Shown here in pieces: positions 24,920 through 36,938 of a DNA stretch of 64,000 bases; positions within the stretch are counted from its first letter, which is position 1, and the number at the start of each line of letters is the position of its first letter. The notes below the pieces were generated by a model. The model was not told the origin of the DNA and did not search any database. It was given only the letters and a program-made list of their open reading frames with translations. The stretch is taken from assembly GCF_963506605.1 (NCBI RefSeq), contig NC_083278.1:89776001-89840000 (forward strand). The letters are read 5' to 3'. This stretch comes from Zootoca vivipara. Its lineage: Eukaryota. The position numbers were made by a program, and so were the translations under genes.

Positions 24920-26308
24920 CTTGGGAAGAAAATTTGAAAAAAGGTATTTTCTATTGTAGCATTATTGCTGTGGTTATGTATTGTCATTACATTTCCTTTT
25001 TTACAGAGACAAGCACTATGATCCAAAGAATGATGCGACTAGCTCTGCCTCCCAGGAGAGCTTTGGACTTGCGTGTCCTGAGGTGTAACTATCTGTACCA
25101 TATGATGAACTATTTTTGAAACTGAGATGAATTTAAAGAACAATTAAAGACATAGAATGAGGGTGTATTGCTTAAAGGAAAAAATATATAAAAGCCACAG
25201 AAGGCATGCCCAAACTATTATACTTTTCTGAAGTGTTACTTTATATCGATATCAGACTACATGAAGCACTTCTAGGTGTAAATTCTTCATTCACTAGTCC
25301 TTTTGCTGGTATTGTAAACAAGACATGTATTTAGTGTCTTTTGTGGCTGGGTCTTGTCATAGGTATGTCCAAGGGGTGTGCCCAGGCATTCCCTAAAGTT
25401 TTTTTAAAAAACAACTACTGGGGATCATGGCAATGAGGTGAGTAAAGGTGAGTAAAGAGTACAACTCACAGGGAACTGGGGGTGGGGGAGGAAGAGGCAG
25501 GAGGCAAGAAGCACACAGATAAGAGATGCAGGCAGATTTAAAGGTTTGGAAAGGACCTAGAATGGATTTTCAGCTTCTGCCTGTGTCTGCCTCTGGATTG
25601 TGGTGGTGGAGTGACTGGCTCCAGCAGCAGCAGTAAGTGGGGAGGAGGAGGAGCAAATCATCCCACCACCGCCTTCAGATACAGATGCAGGCAAAGATCA
25701 ATACTGGCCTTTTTCTTCTGCCTGTGCCTTTCTCTTATAGCTCTGTCTCCACCTGAGCTCTGCTCGCCACCTTCTGTGGAGAGAGATCCATGGGGGTGAT
25801 GGGATGCTTTTGTAATGTGCAAGCAAAGAGGAGAAGGAGCATCTTGCCCTTGGCTTCATCAGATAATTACAGTGAGGTGACTGAGGAGTTTAAGCCCATC
25901 ACACTAGGTGAGCGACATCTAATTCTCTAGGACAGGAAGATGAAGAAACTTTAATCTGTTTTCATCAATTTTGGCTAGTGCATCTGGTTCAAGATAAAAA
26001 TAATCAGAAATGACTGCATCTATACACTTGGTTACCACTACAGCAGAAATTTGGTATTTTGTTTCCATTGTTTAAGCTGGTACTTATTAAGTACACATTT
26101 AGTGTTAATTTTAAATAAATAAAAAATTCATTTCTTTATGAATAGTGGGTATGCCTTGGCAGTTCCTTGCTTCTGTATCTGCTAGATTCATGGAGGAGTA
26201 GAAGCACTACTAGGCACAGTTTGGAAATTACGGTTATAATAGGTATTATTTTAAGATGATACTATTTAGAATCATGCTTTTATTTAGATCTGCAAGACTT
26301 CCTCTTAC

Positions 26309-26536
26309 CTCTAAATCTGAAGAATTAAATTCATATGGAATGTTCCAGCCCAAAGCTCCATATTTCTTTCTTTCATGAACTACAGCACTGAAGAAGCACA
26401 GACTGAACAGTAACCTTTTCCATGATGGCCCACAGGTGGTGGTGTTGAATACAGCTTCTGTTACTATTTCAGTACCACTTACTCCAAATGTTTGAAGCAG
26501 TGTTCCCTTTAGTCCGTGGGGAGGTTCTATTACAAT
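26309..26536 (-). CDS. DNAH14: DNAH14 exon (IVIEPPHGLK...ERKKYGALGWNIPYEFNSSDLE)
   Basis: aaag|ATT, GAG|gtaaga; 228 nt; not in ORF track. Confidence 0.93.
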
Positions 26537-26904
26537 CTTTAGAAAATAAGCAGGACAGTTTATGAATAAAACAAGCAGACTTCAGCAAAATAAATAGTGA
26601 ATCACTGAAAGATTATTGTAAATACATTTTATTACATGGAAGTTCTCTGAAAGCAGCTGGACTTTCCTTTAGCTGGATGTAATTCTGAGACAGGTATATT
26701 CAAGTCCCAGTGAAATCAACAGAGTATAAATCTTCTACCAAGATGTTGGTTAATTAGCTTTTAAAATACGCTACCTTCCCATAACCACAAGGCAGCTTAT
26801 GTAACACAACCACTCAGGTGTGCAGGCCAACTGGTTGTTTGAATGATTCACCTCAAGGCATCTGAACCATCCCCTCTAATTGAAGGGATTACTTTAAATC
26901 TTAC

Positions 26905-27007
26905 CTTAAGGCCCTTCCTCAAGATAGGTACAGGGAAAGATGGATCTGGTGTTGAACTTAACCAGAGTCTAAACTTGGGGTCTATATTTGTCTGTGATCG
27001 AGTAAAT
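26905..27007 (-). CDS. DNAH14: DNAH14 exon (FTRSQTNIDPKFRLWLSS...GLK)
   Basis: gcag|A, AAG|gtaaga; 103 nt. Confidence 0.92.
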
Positions 27008-27279
27008 CTGCAGATAGAACAAATTTTGTAATACCACCACTGTCTAAAAACAGACTATGAAGTTGTACTGCACAGAGTTCAATATTATTTAACCAAGAAT
27101 TCATCTTTACAAGAAGTGGTATAACAACTACTGTACACATACCTACAAAAGCAGTTGTATCTCACAATCCCCTTACATATAATTACTACTACTTATTTTT
27201 ATTATAATAAATTTAAATATTGCTTATTTGCCAAAGTGGCTTCTGAGTGGTTTACAAATGTAAAACCAATTATAAAAAT

Positions 27280-27627
27280 AGGTAAAGGGACCCCTGACCA
27301 TTAGGTCCAGTCGTGACCGACCCTGGGGTTGCGGCTCATCTCGCATTATTGGCCGAGGAAGCCGGCGTACAGTTTCCAGGTCATGTGGCCAGCATGACAA
27401 AGCCGCTTCTGGCAAACCAGAGCAGCACATGGAAACGCCGTTTACCTTCCCGCTTTGAGCAGTACCTATTTATCTACTTGCACTTTGATGTGCTTTTGAA
27501 CTGCTAGGTTGGCAGGAGCTGGGACCAAGCAACGGGAGCTCACCCCGTTGCGGGGATTCAAACTGCCGACCTTCTGATCGGCAAGCCCTAGGCTCTGTGG
27601 TTTAACCCACAGTGCCACCTGCGTCCC
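27280..27627 (-). mobile_element. Sauria SINE
   Basis: Full-length reverse copy; caattataaaa on both flanks. Confidence 0.9.
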
Positions 27628-28712
27628 TCAATTATAAAATTATAAAAATACATCCCACTAAAAGAGTGTAACAGTTAAAACAGCATTAAAAGTGTTAGAA
27701 CAGGAGGAGCTCTTCAAGAGCTGGCACAATGTCAATATTGATGGGGCCTCTTGCATTTCAGCAGGGAGACCATCACACAAAACAGTGAAAAAACATCTCA
27801 AATACAGTGTAGCTGTATCTCTCCACCTAGTCAAGCATATATTATTTCAACCTTCGACTCCAAGGGCCAGGTCACAAAAACTAACAGCATTGATTCTCTT
27901 CATACCATCACATGTTGAGGTAGGAAACTGTTTAGGAAGGCTTAAGTTTGAAGTTAAACTGCTTGCTTAACATGGGGACATTTTGTGTGATTTTCCAAGT
28001 AACTGTGACAGTGTAAAAATTAGTAGTAATGAGGGATAGAGAACATTGTAATAAGATAAACACTGACAGAATATACTAGTCTTCCCTATAGGGAACTGCA
28101 TTCCAAATATGAAAATTGCTTCAGAAATGTGGAGAACTGGATTTAAAAGTGAAAAAAATGAGAAACCGAGAAAACAAAAATTAACAGATCCTTCCATCCC
28201 TGTGTAAGAGTAACCCTTCTCAAGCAGATCAAAGTTTATCTTGTTTTGCATTCTGTTCTCACACAAACCAACCAGATAGGTAGTTGTCAAGCAAGACATG
28301 AGTGCTATAGCACCTCCCACTCATACTCCCAGGAACTGGTGTTCAGAGACCTATTACTTCTGATAAGGGAGGCAATATATAGCTAATTGATAGCATTTTC
28401 TTCCATGAATTTGTGTGATCGCTTTTTAAAGCCATCCATCTTAGATCCTTGATCTAAGTGGAGAAAATTGTTCAATATAGACTATTCCCTATTAATTGAG
28501 TGATAGTCAGCATAATTCCCTAGCAGTAATTCAGCTTCAGGCCAGCTCAAAAGAACTGGTGAATAGCTGCAGAACAGGAATGAGCAACCTATGGATGTCC
28601 AGATGTTGTTAAGACTCTGACTCCTATCAGCTTCAGCCAGCATACCCAATGGTCAGGAAAGCAGGGAGCTCTGAAAGTGGTTGACAATGAGAAGGCAATT
28701 AATAAATCAAAT

Positions 28713-28713
<1 letters not shown>

Positions 28714-28752
<39 letters not shown>

Positions 28753-28764
28753 CAATAATAATAA
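28714..28764. repeat. (AAT)n microsatellite
   Basis: Direct read. Confidence 0.95.
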
Positions 28765-28875
28765 ACTATATTTGGTTCCTACAAGGCAAATGGTGCAGTA
28801 ATGCCAGCCTACCCTGGTCCTCACTCATCTGAACAAAACTGCATATACAAATAAATGCTAGGGGAAAACACTTAC

Positions 28876-29086
28876 GATTCAACAATTTTGCAGAGTCTGG
28901 GCATGAACGAAGCTGCAAGATGACAATTCTGGAGGAATACCCACTGTCCCTGCAGTATACTTGATTTATATATCAAATCTTCAGCTTTGCTCCCTTGACC
29001 ACGTCCCAGAGATATCATTTTCACATGCTGTGTACTTCCTTTTATTTCCTGGGCAAGGCGTAGAAGGAGAGCTGCAATATCCACAC
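28876..29086 (-). CDS. DNAH14: DNAH14 exon, AAA6 (ISLGRGQG...WVFLQNCHL)
   Basis: acag|GT, ATC|gtaagt; 211 nt. Confidence 0.93.
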
Positions 29087-29806
29087 CTGTGTAGCATACA
29101 TAATAATACTGTACTGTTTTATTTCCACATCCAGAAACCTATTATATTGGGTCAATGAAAAGGTATGCATATAATACTTTAGGTAAAATGTATGCTGCTT
29201 TACAGAAGAATGAGCAGACCTAACATAGTATTCTGTATTGCATCATTAACACGATGTCACAGGAATGAAATGACTAGATGGTTTCAAAGGGGGAAAATAT
29301 TTTGGCATCTCTCTTTTGTGTTTGCCTGCTATCAGTTTCAGGCTGTTTTGCACAAATTTACAGTGCACACTTACTTGGAAATAATAGACCTCAGTGGGAC
29401 ATATCTGTGTAAACATGAACATGATTCTGCTGTAGAAACTAAGTAGGGTAATGCAGAGGTATGGGCCATCTATAAAACAAATAAACTTTTCAATGCAATT
29501 TATGCCATTGTTATACACTTTACGCTAACATATTCAAACCAACTAAGTGACTATATTAAATTTTATTACTTTCAATTGACTAGTAAAAACTAGCACCAGT
29601 TAGATTGGGCAATATATTTTCTTCCTATGTTTTATTCCTATATACATAAAAATGTAAGGCAGTTGTCATGCTGGAGTTTGCATGGCCATCAGCAGGCAGC
29701 CACACCAACTCCAGCTTGACAACTGAATAGCAGGCAGGCAGGGGAGAGAGCAAGCAAGCAGTGTGAGCAGCAGGTGGCCCAGGTGAACTATTTAATGGTG
29801 TGGGGA

Positions 29807-30193
29807 CAAGGGCGTACCCACCACGGGGCAAGTTAGGGCAGCTGCCCTACTCTAGAAGCAGGGCTGGTGGGCAGAGGCGGAGCACAGCCCGGTGGAGCGC
29901 GAGTTCGCCATTCCCGCCGCGCCGCGCCGCACCCTCCCTCCAGCTCCCCGGCGCGCCCTCAGGCAAGGCCAAGCGTGGCGGGGAACCAGAGAGCGCGGCG
30001 CGGCGGGCGGGAACGCTGAACTCTCGCTCCGCTGGGCTGGGCTCCGCCTCCGCCCACCAGCCCTGCTTCTAGGGAGGGGCACAGCCCGGCGGAGCGCAAG
30101 TTCGCCGTTCCCGCCCACTTTGTGGCCCCTCCCCTTCCGTGCCTTGGCCCCTCCCCTTGCCCCCCCCTAGTTTTGATCCTGGGTACGCCCATG
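29807..30193. mobile_element. hAT-type MITE, very GC-rich
   Basis: CAAGGGCGTACCCA...TGGGTACGCCCATG TIRs; perfect 8-bp TSD tgtgggga; internal direct and inverted copies of gcacagcccgg.ggagcgc.agttcgcc. Confidence 0.85.
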
Positions 30194-31233
30194 TGTGGGG
30201 AGGCACTTTAGCAAACCACTATCTGAAGCACCTCTCCCTCCTTTAAATGGGGTGGGGTCTGGGGTGAATTGGGGGGGGTGCTTGGAGGAAGCTGGCAGGG
30301 GATGTTTGGGTGAGCTGGGAGGGGTTGGGTGAGGTGAGGTGTAAAGAGAGAAGAGTTTGCTCAGGTATAAAGGGAGCAGGGATTGGCCAGGTGTCAGGTA
30401 AGGTGGTTGGCAAAGGGGTTGGCAGGGTTGCCAAGTGGAGCAAGCAGGGTTAGCTGTGCATGGTATACTCATATAAATATAGAGAAGGGCAAAGCAATCA
30501 AACCCAACCCCTTTTACAGAACTGGCGCTGGATTAGGTAGAGGTTGTCGCCATCCAGAGGGGGTCGACAGCCCAGCTGGCTAGCCTCCAGCTGGATCATG
30601 CCCTTCCAGCCAACATGCTGGACGATCCCCCAATCTCTGGAGCAATGTAGCCAGTGACTCAGACTTCAGAAGTCTGAGTACACTATATTAGCAGCGCGCT
30701 GCACGAACAGAAGCGGCGTGGAGGGGCTTGTGAAAGCATAATTACAAGCAGATTTATTAAGCTTAAATCAGGACAAAGAAAAACATGTCGTCTCTCTTTC
30801 ATCTCCTCAGAGAGAGTCTCCAAAGCAAAAGCTGTACACAACGGAAGTTCCCAGCAGACTGTGCTGGAAAGTAAACAGACATGTGACATGTAACAATCTC
30901 ACACGTCTGCTCCTTAAGGTGGAATGGAATTTCCTAACAGAGGTGACCCTCTGCCCAGCTCTCCCAGTTTAGCTGGACTCCCACTGGCCACTAAATTTGC
31001 AAGTGGGTGCAGTGTTCTGAGAGTAGGGCTGAACTGCCCCAGGATCTGCTGGATCTCAAGTGTATCTTACTGTCATAATGTGAAGGCATCAGGTCTGTGC
31101 ACTGTGTCAGACTGAAGCTGGTGCAGTGTTTGGGTCCAGATTTGGCCAGATTGTCCTCCCCTTCTCTCACTGCAGTCTTTGTGTGTGGCAAGGCCGTGAA
31201 TGTATTGGTAACCCTGCTACTCTGCAAAGCCAC

Positions 31234-31235
<2 letters not shown>

Positions 31236-31274
<39 letters not shown>
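31236..31274. repeat. (TG)n microsatellite
   Basis: Direct read. Confidence 0.95.
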
Positions 31275-31276
<2 letters not shown>

Positions 31277-31334
31277 GGATTGTACCCTAATCCAGAAAGT
31301 AGTTTTTGCACACTCATCCTTTATAAATGCTCAC

Positions 31335-31494
31335 CTTGAGTATGAATGAGAATTATTGGAGTTATGGCATTAGATTCTTCTTCATATACTGCTTTCAAAT
31401 TAATTCCTTCAATCTGAAGATAGTAATCCCCCAATTTCTCAGCTACAAATGCATGTACTGCACTAGTTAAGCTTTCTAATCGAAGAACTTTTAT
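31335..31494 (-). CDS. DNAH14: DNAH14 exon (IKVLRLES...TPIILIHTQ)
   Basis: atag|ATA, AAG|gtgagc; 160 nt. Confidence 0.92.
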
Positions 31495-31949
31495 CTATTA
31501 AAAAAAATGATAATATAACTGAATTCATGAAGGATATGATTCAGCAAAGCGAAGCATCTGTAAATTCCATTGAGTTCATTGTGAAAACACAGCACATGCA
31601 TCTCTCTCTCCCATTGAAATACATGCAACTTAAATGTGCTTAACTGTGACTGGATTGCATCTGAATTCCGTAAAACTATCACTTCCTTAATTGCTGTGAG
31701 GGAATTTGTGTCCTCAAAAGCTAAAAATATTTGCAAGCAGAAGCTAAACATAAAGTGATCCCTATTGACTAGATTCCACTAACAAGTACTGCAACATATA
31801 AACATAGGAGCAACCCGCGAGATCAGGCCATTGGGCCATCTAGTCTGGTATCCTGCTCTCACAGCGGTGACCAGATGCCTGTGGGAAGCCAGCAATCAAG
31901 ATTTGAAAACAATAACATTCTCCCCTCCTGTGGTTTTCAGCAACTGTTA

Positions 31950-32183
31950 CAGTGGAACCTCGGTTGTCAAATGTAATCCGTTCTGGAAGACCGTTCAACT
32001 TCTGAAACGTTCACCAACCGAGGCGCAATTGCCAGTCAGCAAATCCCTTTTAAGAAATGGAGAACCCCGCCTCGTTCGACATTTGAGGCGTGTTCGAAAA
32101 CAGAAGGATTCACTTCCGGGTCATTGTCGTTCAGGTTCTGAATTGTTCAGCTTCTGAAGTTTTCAACAACCGAAGTTCCACTA
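31950..32183. mobile_element. Tc1/mariner-type MITE nested in CR1
   Basis: TA|CAGTGGAACCTCGGTTG...CAACCGAAGTTCCACTA|TA. Confidence 0.8.
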
Positions 32184-32569
32184 TATTCAGAAGCATCAAA
32201 ACCCTGGCCTCTAACTGTTGAGACAGAGCATAGCCATCTTGGCTAATAGGCATCAACAGGCCTCTCCCGCATGAATTTCTTTTAAAGCCATCCAAGCTGG
32301 AGGCCATCATTGCCTCTCATGGGAGCCAGTTCCATAGTTAAACTATACACTGTGTGAACAAGTACTTTATTTCATCTGTCTTGAAACTTCCAACATTTAG
32401 CTTCATTGGATGTTCACAAGTTCTAATGTTACACGAAAGGGAGAAAAAACTTTTTTCTATTCACTTTCTCCATGGCATGCACCTATATATATATATAAAT
32501 GTAAAGAGGGCACGTGGGTGGGTGTCCACTTTTCATCGAAACCGCTTGCGTTCAAATTTGGACACAACG

Positions 32570-34645
32570 GGCTTCCGGTTGACCGCGCCATCTTTGCTCA
32601 GACGGGGGTCCGATCAGCGGAGCGGACCTCGGCGCTTCAGAGGTGGAGGGAATTGCTCCAGCGAAGCAAAACCTCCTTAAAAGCCCCAAATCGAGCTTTT
32701 TGGGGACGGATTTTGCCTGGCGGCGCCAAAAGCGGGCTCTCTCCTCCCCGGATCGGCTTTGTTTAAGCCCCCGAGAGCGAGGAGGTGAACCGCGGCGGAC
32801 AGGCTGACACTGCTGCTCTGAGAGCGCGAAGCTGCGAGTCTGGGAAGTGGAGGCGGCCGATTCTTCCAAGAATAATTAGCAAATGAATAGACTGTGAGTA
32901 ATTTGGATTGTTTGGAATTTAAATTAAGGCAATTTGGATTTGGGAGAGAGGGGGAAAAGAGGAAGCCACCCCCCCCACGGTAACATAAGAGACAGTAAAC
33001 AGAAACCCGAAGCCGTAAACAGAAGATCTTAACTTAAAAGGATCCCTCAAAGGCATCAAAGAGAATCTCCCCTAAATGCAGGGTGAAAGGGGAGAGAGAC
33101 TGTGGTTGTGAGTGCCCTGCAGCAAGAGGTAAAGACTAAGAAAAACCTTTCTTTTCCTCGGGAGCCGGCAGCCCAGACAACCCAGTGAGTTGATTAGGAT
33201 TTATAAGTCAATTTTTATTTCACTGTATTTCTGAACTTTGTGGAAATTCTTTTTTGGTTTAAATGTTTGTGAAATGTGAGTTCGAACTTTATTGTCAATA
33301 AGACTTGAAGAATGCAGCCAGCTTGTTAAAATGGAGTCGAGAAAATAAACTGTGATCATATTCCACCCCACGTGACAAGTTTTGACCTTGGCAGGATTGA
33401 ACTATGTCAACAAAAAAGTGTTCCCCTGAGTTCCAGCGGTCTGTTTTGACCTTAATGTGGGAAACAAGAATAGAACTATGTCAAGAGGAGACAAAACGGC
33501 AAGAGTTACAGCAACAATTTCAGATGGTGATGGCAGAATATGATTTTCTAGAAGATGAAGCTTTTGAAACTGAAAAAGATGAATGTGAGAATGATAATGA
33601 TGGTGACTGTGATTTGGAAGAAAAAGATGAAGATGAGGACTGTGACGATTCAACACAAAATGAAGCACACCATGAAAAAAATGATGACTTTACTCTACAA
33701 AAAGTTGGATGGAGTGCCCTGCATTTGAGGGGGGCACGATTGGTATTACTGGAACTCCAGAACACCCACAGGGAAGAAGGAAAAAATATGCAGAGAAGAG
33801 AAGAAATTCAGGGGTCTTGTATGGTGGCCTGGATGGCAAAAGACTGTAAACAGGGGGTGGGGTGAAGGGAAAGTGATGTTGTGATTATAAGGATGGATTA
33901 ACAGGTTTATAACTGGTCTGCTGATTATGGAATTTGCTGGATTGGGGGGGTGGAGCTGGTAATCGGGGATGTAAGGTTAAATTGAGAATAGTTATAGTTT
34001 TAAAAGTGAATGGATTTTGGAAAAATGTGAAAATATGGAGGCTTATAGAGGGAGTAAAAATTAGGCACGGGAAGATAAAATGGGAGTTTGATTTTTCAGT
34101 GATTTGAACATTAGGTGAAAATGATAATAATTGATTTATAAGTTGTATAAGATATAAAGGTGTATTTTTATAAAGTAAGAAACTGTTAAAGATGATAAAA
34201 AAGGGATGAAAACCGGGGAAGGGGGGGGGAGGGGAAGCCCACAAAATATGGTTTTACAATTATGAATGTAAGAAATTTTTTTTCTGTTTTGTACTGTTCT
34301 TTTTCTCTTTTCTTGCTCTTTCTTTTTTCTCTTTTTTCCTATTTCATTTTTTTTCTTTTTTTGGTATGACAATAGATGGTTGGATGGATGTCCTCCTGCG
34401 TACTGCCCTGGTTTGCTGGAGCTCCCTGGTGGCAGGGGGGGGCTTTGGGGTCAGGGGAGGGGGAGGAGGACAGAAATCCAAGCATAAAATGGACCATCTC
34501 TGACTGTTCACCTACATGAGATACTTCTGTGGCAGGGGAGGATCCATGTGGGTGGGTGGGAAGGAGGTGGAAAAGGTGTTTATGTATGTACCGTTTTCTT
34601 TTTTGCAGTTTGTAAAATTAATAAAAAGTATGTTTAAAAAAAAAA
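32570..34645 (+). mobile_element. Poly(A) non-LTR retroelement lacking RT (element A)
   Basis: 17-bp TSD caaatttggacacaacg (32553-32569, 34646-34662); GGCTTCCGG start, CpG-rich 5' end, AATAAA 34620 and A10 tail. Confidence 0.85.
33404..33865 (+). CDS. 153-aa ORF of element A (helical/coiled-coil N-terminus, acidic tract, ends KQGVG*)
   Basis: Uninterrupted ATG-to-TGA ORF centrally placed in the element; function unknown. Confidence 0.5.
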   Translation: MSTKKCSPEFQRSVLTLMWETRIELCQEETKRQELQQQFQMVMAEYDFLEDEAFETEKDECENDNDGDCDLEEKDEDEDCDDSTQNEAHHEKNDDFTLQKVGWSALHLRGARLVLLELQNTHREEGKNMQRREEIQGSCMVAWMAKDCKQGVG

Positions 34646-35683
34646 CAAATTTGGACACAACGTCACATGCGAATATGCGAGGGATCATATACCGTTTGCG
34701 TAGACAGATGTCACACCTAGGGCAGCCAAAACAGGTAAAATCCAGTGTTTCTGAACACAAAAGTCAGACAGCCAGGGGTGCTGGGAGCACAGGAGAGGTT
34801 GCACAACAGCGGCCTCTAGCGACAGCTATGCTGGTACTGCACCTAGAAAACTTTCCCTCTCCACAGCAGCTTGGCTCGCCTTTGCAGACTGGATACGTCA
34901 TGGGTCAGGACAGGGTGGGGCCAATCACAGGGATGAGCCAAGGGTGGAGGGAAGATGAGGCAGGATAGGTCATGGGTCGGGACAGGGTAGGGCCAATAAC
35001 AGGGATGAGCCGGGGTGGGGGGGGGAGGGGCTGGGATGACTAATGGGTCAGGACAGGGTGAGGGCAGGGTGGGTCGGGATGGGGTGGGGAGAGTCACAGG
35101 ATGAACCACAGCAACACGTAAAACATTTCAACAAAATGAAGGGGGACTCTGAAGGTAAGGGGAGTCTGAAGAGGGACTCTGAGGGCCCATTTAACAGACT
35201 AAGCCACAGCAACACGTGGCCAGGCCTGCTAGTAGTTTTATGAACTTACATCATGTCACATCTTACTTGACTTTTCTCTAAGCTAAATACACTGCAATCT
35301 TTTAAAGATGAAACCTCTGCAAGGACATCTCCTTGTGCAATTGAACTTGCCCCCTTCTCCTTCCTTGTGCACCATGTGGAAGGGGGGGGGAGACATTCTG
35401 TTGAGCAGGGAGAAATCCTTGTACTGATGGAGCATTTGCTATAGCACAAATCCTCCCAAAAGATACCAAGTTGTATTCAATGTATCACTAAAGTGAATGA
35501 TCTGTCAACACATAGATTTGTTCTTGTATAATAAAACATTCTCCACCTCTTCTTCCCCCATGGCCAAATCTGTTCTGGGGTGTTTCAGAGGAGATTTGGG
35601 AATAGTGGGTGGGTGGTGGTGGAATAAAATCCCATTGTGCTAGCAAGATTTTAGTTGAATACTTCCCACTTGATTTTACTTAC

Positions 35684-35781
35684 CAAAATAAGTCTTTCAA
35701 ATGCAGAAAGTTTCTCCCAAGGGAAAATGCAAGGTCCACTCTCCTCATCATCACTTTCTCTCAGTACTTCTAATTTTGGGT
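35684..35781 (-). CDS. DNAH14: DNAH14 exon (PKLEVLRE...FPWEKLSAFERLIL)
   Basis: acag|AC, TTG|gtaagt; 98 nt. Confidence 0.9.
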
Positions 35782-36059
35782 CTGTAAGAGATTAAATAGT
35801 AATTTACAACATTACTGAAACTTTGAAACAGTTGAAACCATATAAAAATGTTGCAACTAATTTGTAACTTTTATACAGCCATATAATGGAATAACATAAC
35901 TGCCAGGATAAAAGTGAAGTGTGGTGGTTCTCAAACGTTTCCCTGAGCCACACTTTCAGAATAAAAATTTGCTCACACCACACCAATTTTTAAATTGATA
36001 AGAAATACACTGGAAAACGAAAAGAGACAACTCTTAGCAGTACTTGATTTATAACAGAG

Positions 36060-36136
36060 ACAGGAGTGCCTGGCGTGCTATGGTCCGTGGGGTCACGAAG
36101 AGTCGGACACGACTAAACGACTAAACAACAACAACA
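36060..36136 (+). mobile_element. RTE-BovB 3' end
   Basis: ggggtcacgaagagtcggacacgactaaacgactaaac(aac)n. Confidence 0.85.
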
Positions 36137-36728
36137 AAACAATTACCTTATAATATGACCAGAAAGTATAAAACAATGCAGCTACATAAAAACATGAACC
36201 ATTCTCCAAATATAATTATAAACGAGCCTCTTACATATGTACCTTACTGTAAGTATGTATACAAACTCAGTGAGAGGTGTGAGCTTGCTTTAGCTGGGTA
36301 ATCTCATTTATATTAGGTCTAATTTGAGACAAACAAACTCTCAAATCACCCACACAAATAAGCCTTTCTCTTCTCTACATATATGTGTAACTAAAGACAT
36401 CACAATCTCTGTTGTACCCCTATTCCAAAGGAAACATGAACCCCAGGTAAGCACCAGGAACCCCTGGAATCTCACACCACTCAGAGATTGGGGTGGCATG
36501 CAACATTATAAAAGCTTTTTGTGGACTGGAGTCTCACTACATCAGGTGCATGGATTGTGATTCTAAGTTGTCAGGTGCAAATTTCCAATGCTCTCTCATC
36601 CAAAGGAAACTAAACCCGAGAGCATTGCTACTTCAATTTTTCATGGTTTGGGGACACAGGTAGTGTTTTCAACAATAGGTTAGAAAGGCATGCTGGAAAT
36701 CAACACATAGTTTTACATCAACACTTAC

Positions 36729-36938
36729 CATGCCTTGATGACACTGGTCTATAGCCTGTACTGATCAAATTATATACATCCTGACTATTTAGAAAAGCTC
36801 TCCATTGCTGAGAATTTGTTGAAAGGGAATCACACAAGAGGCTGAATGCTGGCATGCGAGTGCTCATGTACCTGCATTCTTTCCACATCATGTCAGTAAT
36901 CCAATGGAGTGGAGGAGTTTTCTTGAATGCACGTGAAC
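36729..36938 (-). CDS. DNAH14: DNAH14 exon (SRAFKKTPPLHWITD...SSRH)
   Basis: ttag|GT, ATG|gtaagt; 210 nt. Confidence 0.9.

Larger units (their letters stand above)
32482..35232 (+). mobile_element. Non-autonomous Helitron (interrupted by 32570-34645)
   Basis: A|CCTATATATATA 5' end, ccacagcaacacgtgg hairpin then CTAG|T 3' end, A|T insertion site, no TSD. Confidence 0.8.
31793..35290 (-). mobile_element. CR1 LINE 3' fragment, interrupted by a MITE and a Helitron
   Basis: gatcaggcca.tgggccatctagtc end; sequence continues across the Helitron as ttctccatggcatgca|tagttttat...catcatgtcac. Confidence 0.7.

Noticed and set aside
29800-30192. CpG island with several ORFs
   Set aside because: Entirely within a hAT MITE bounded by an 8-bp TSD; not a host promoter
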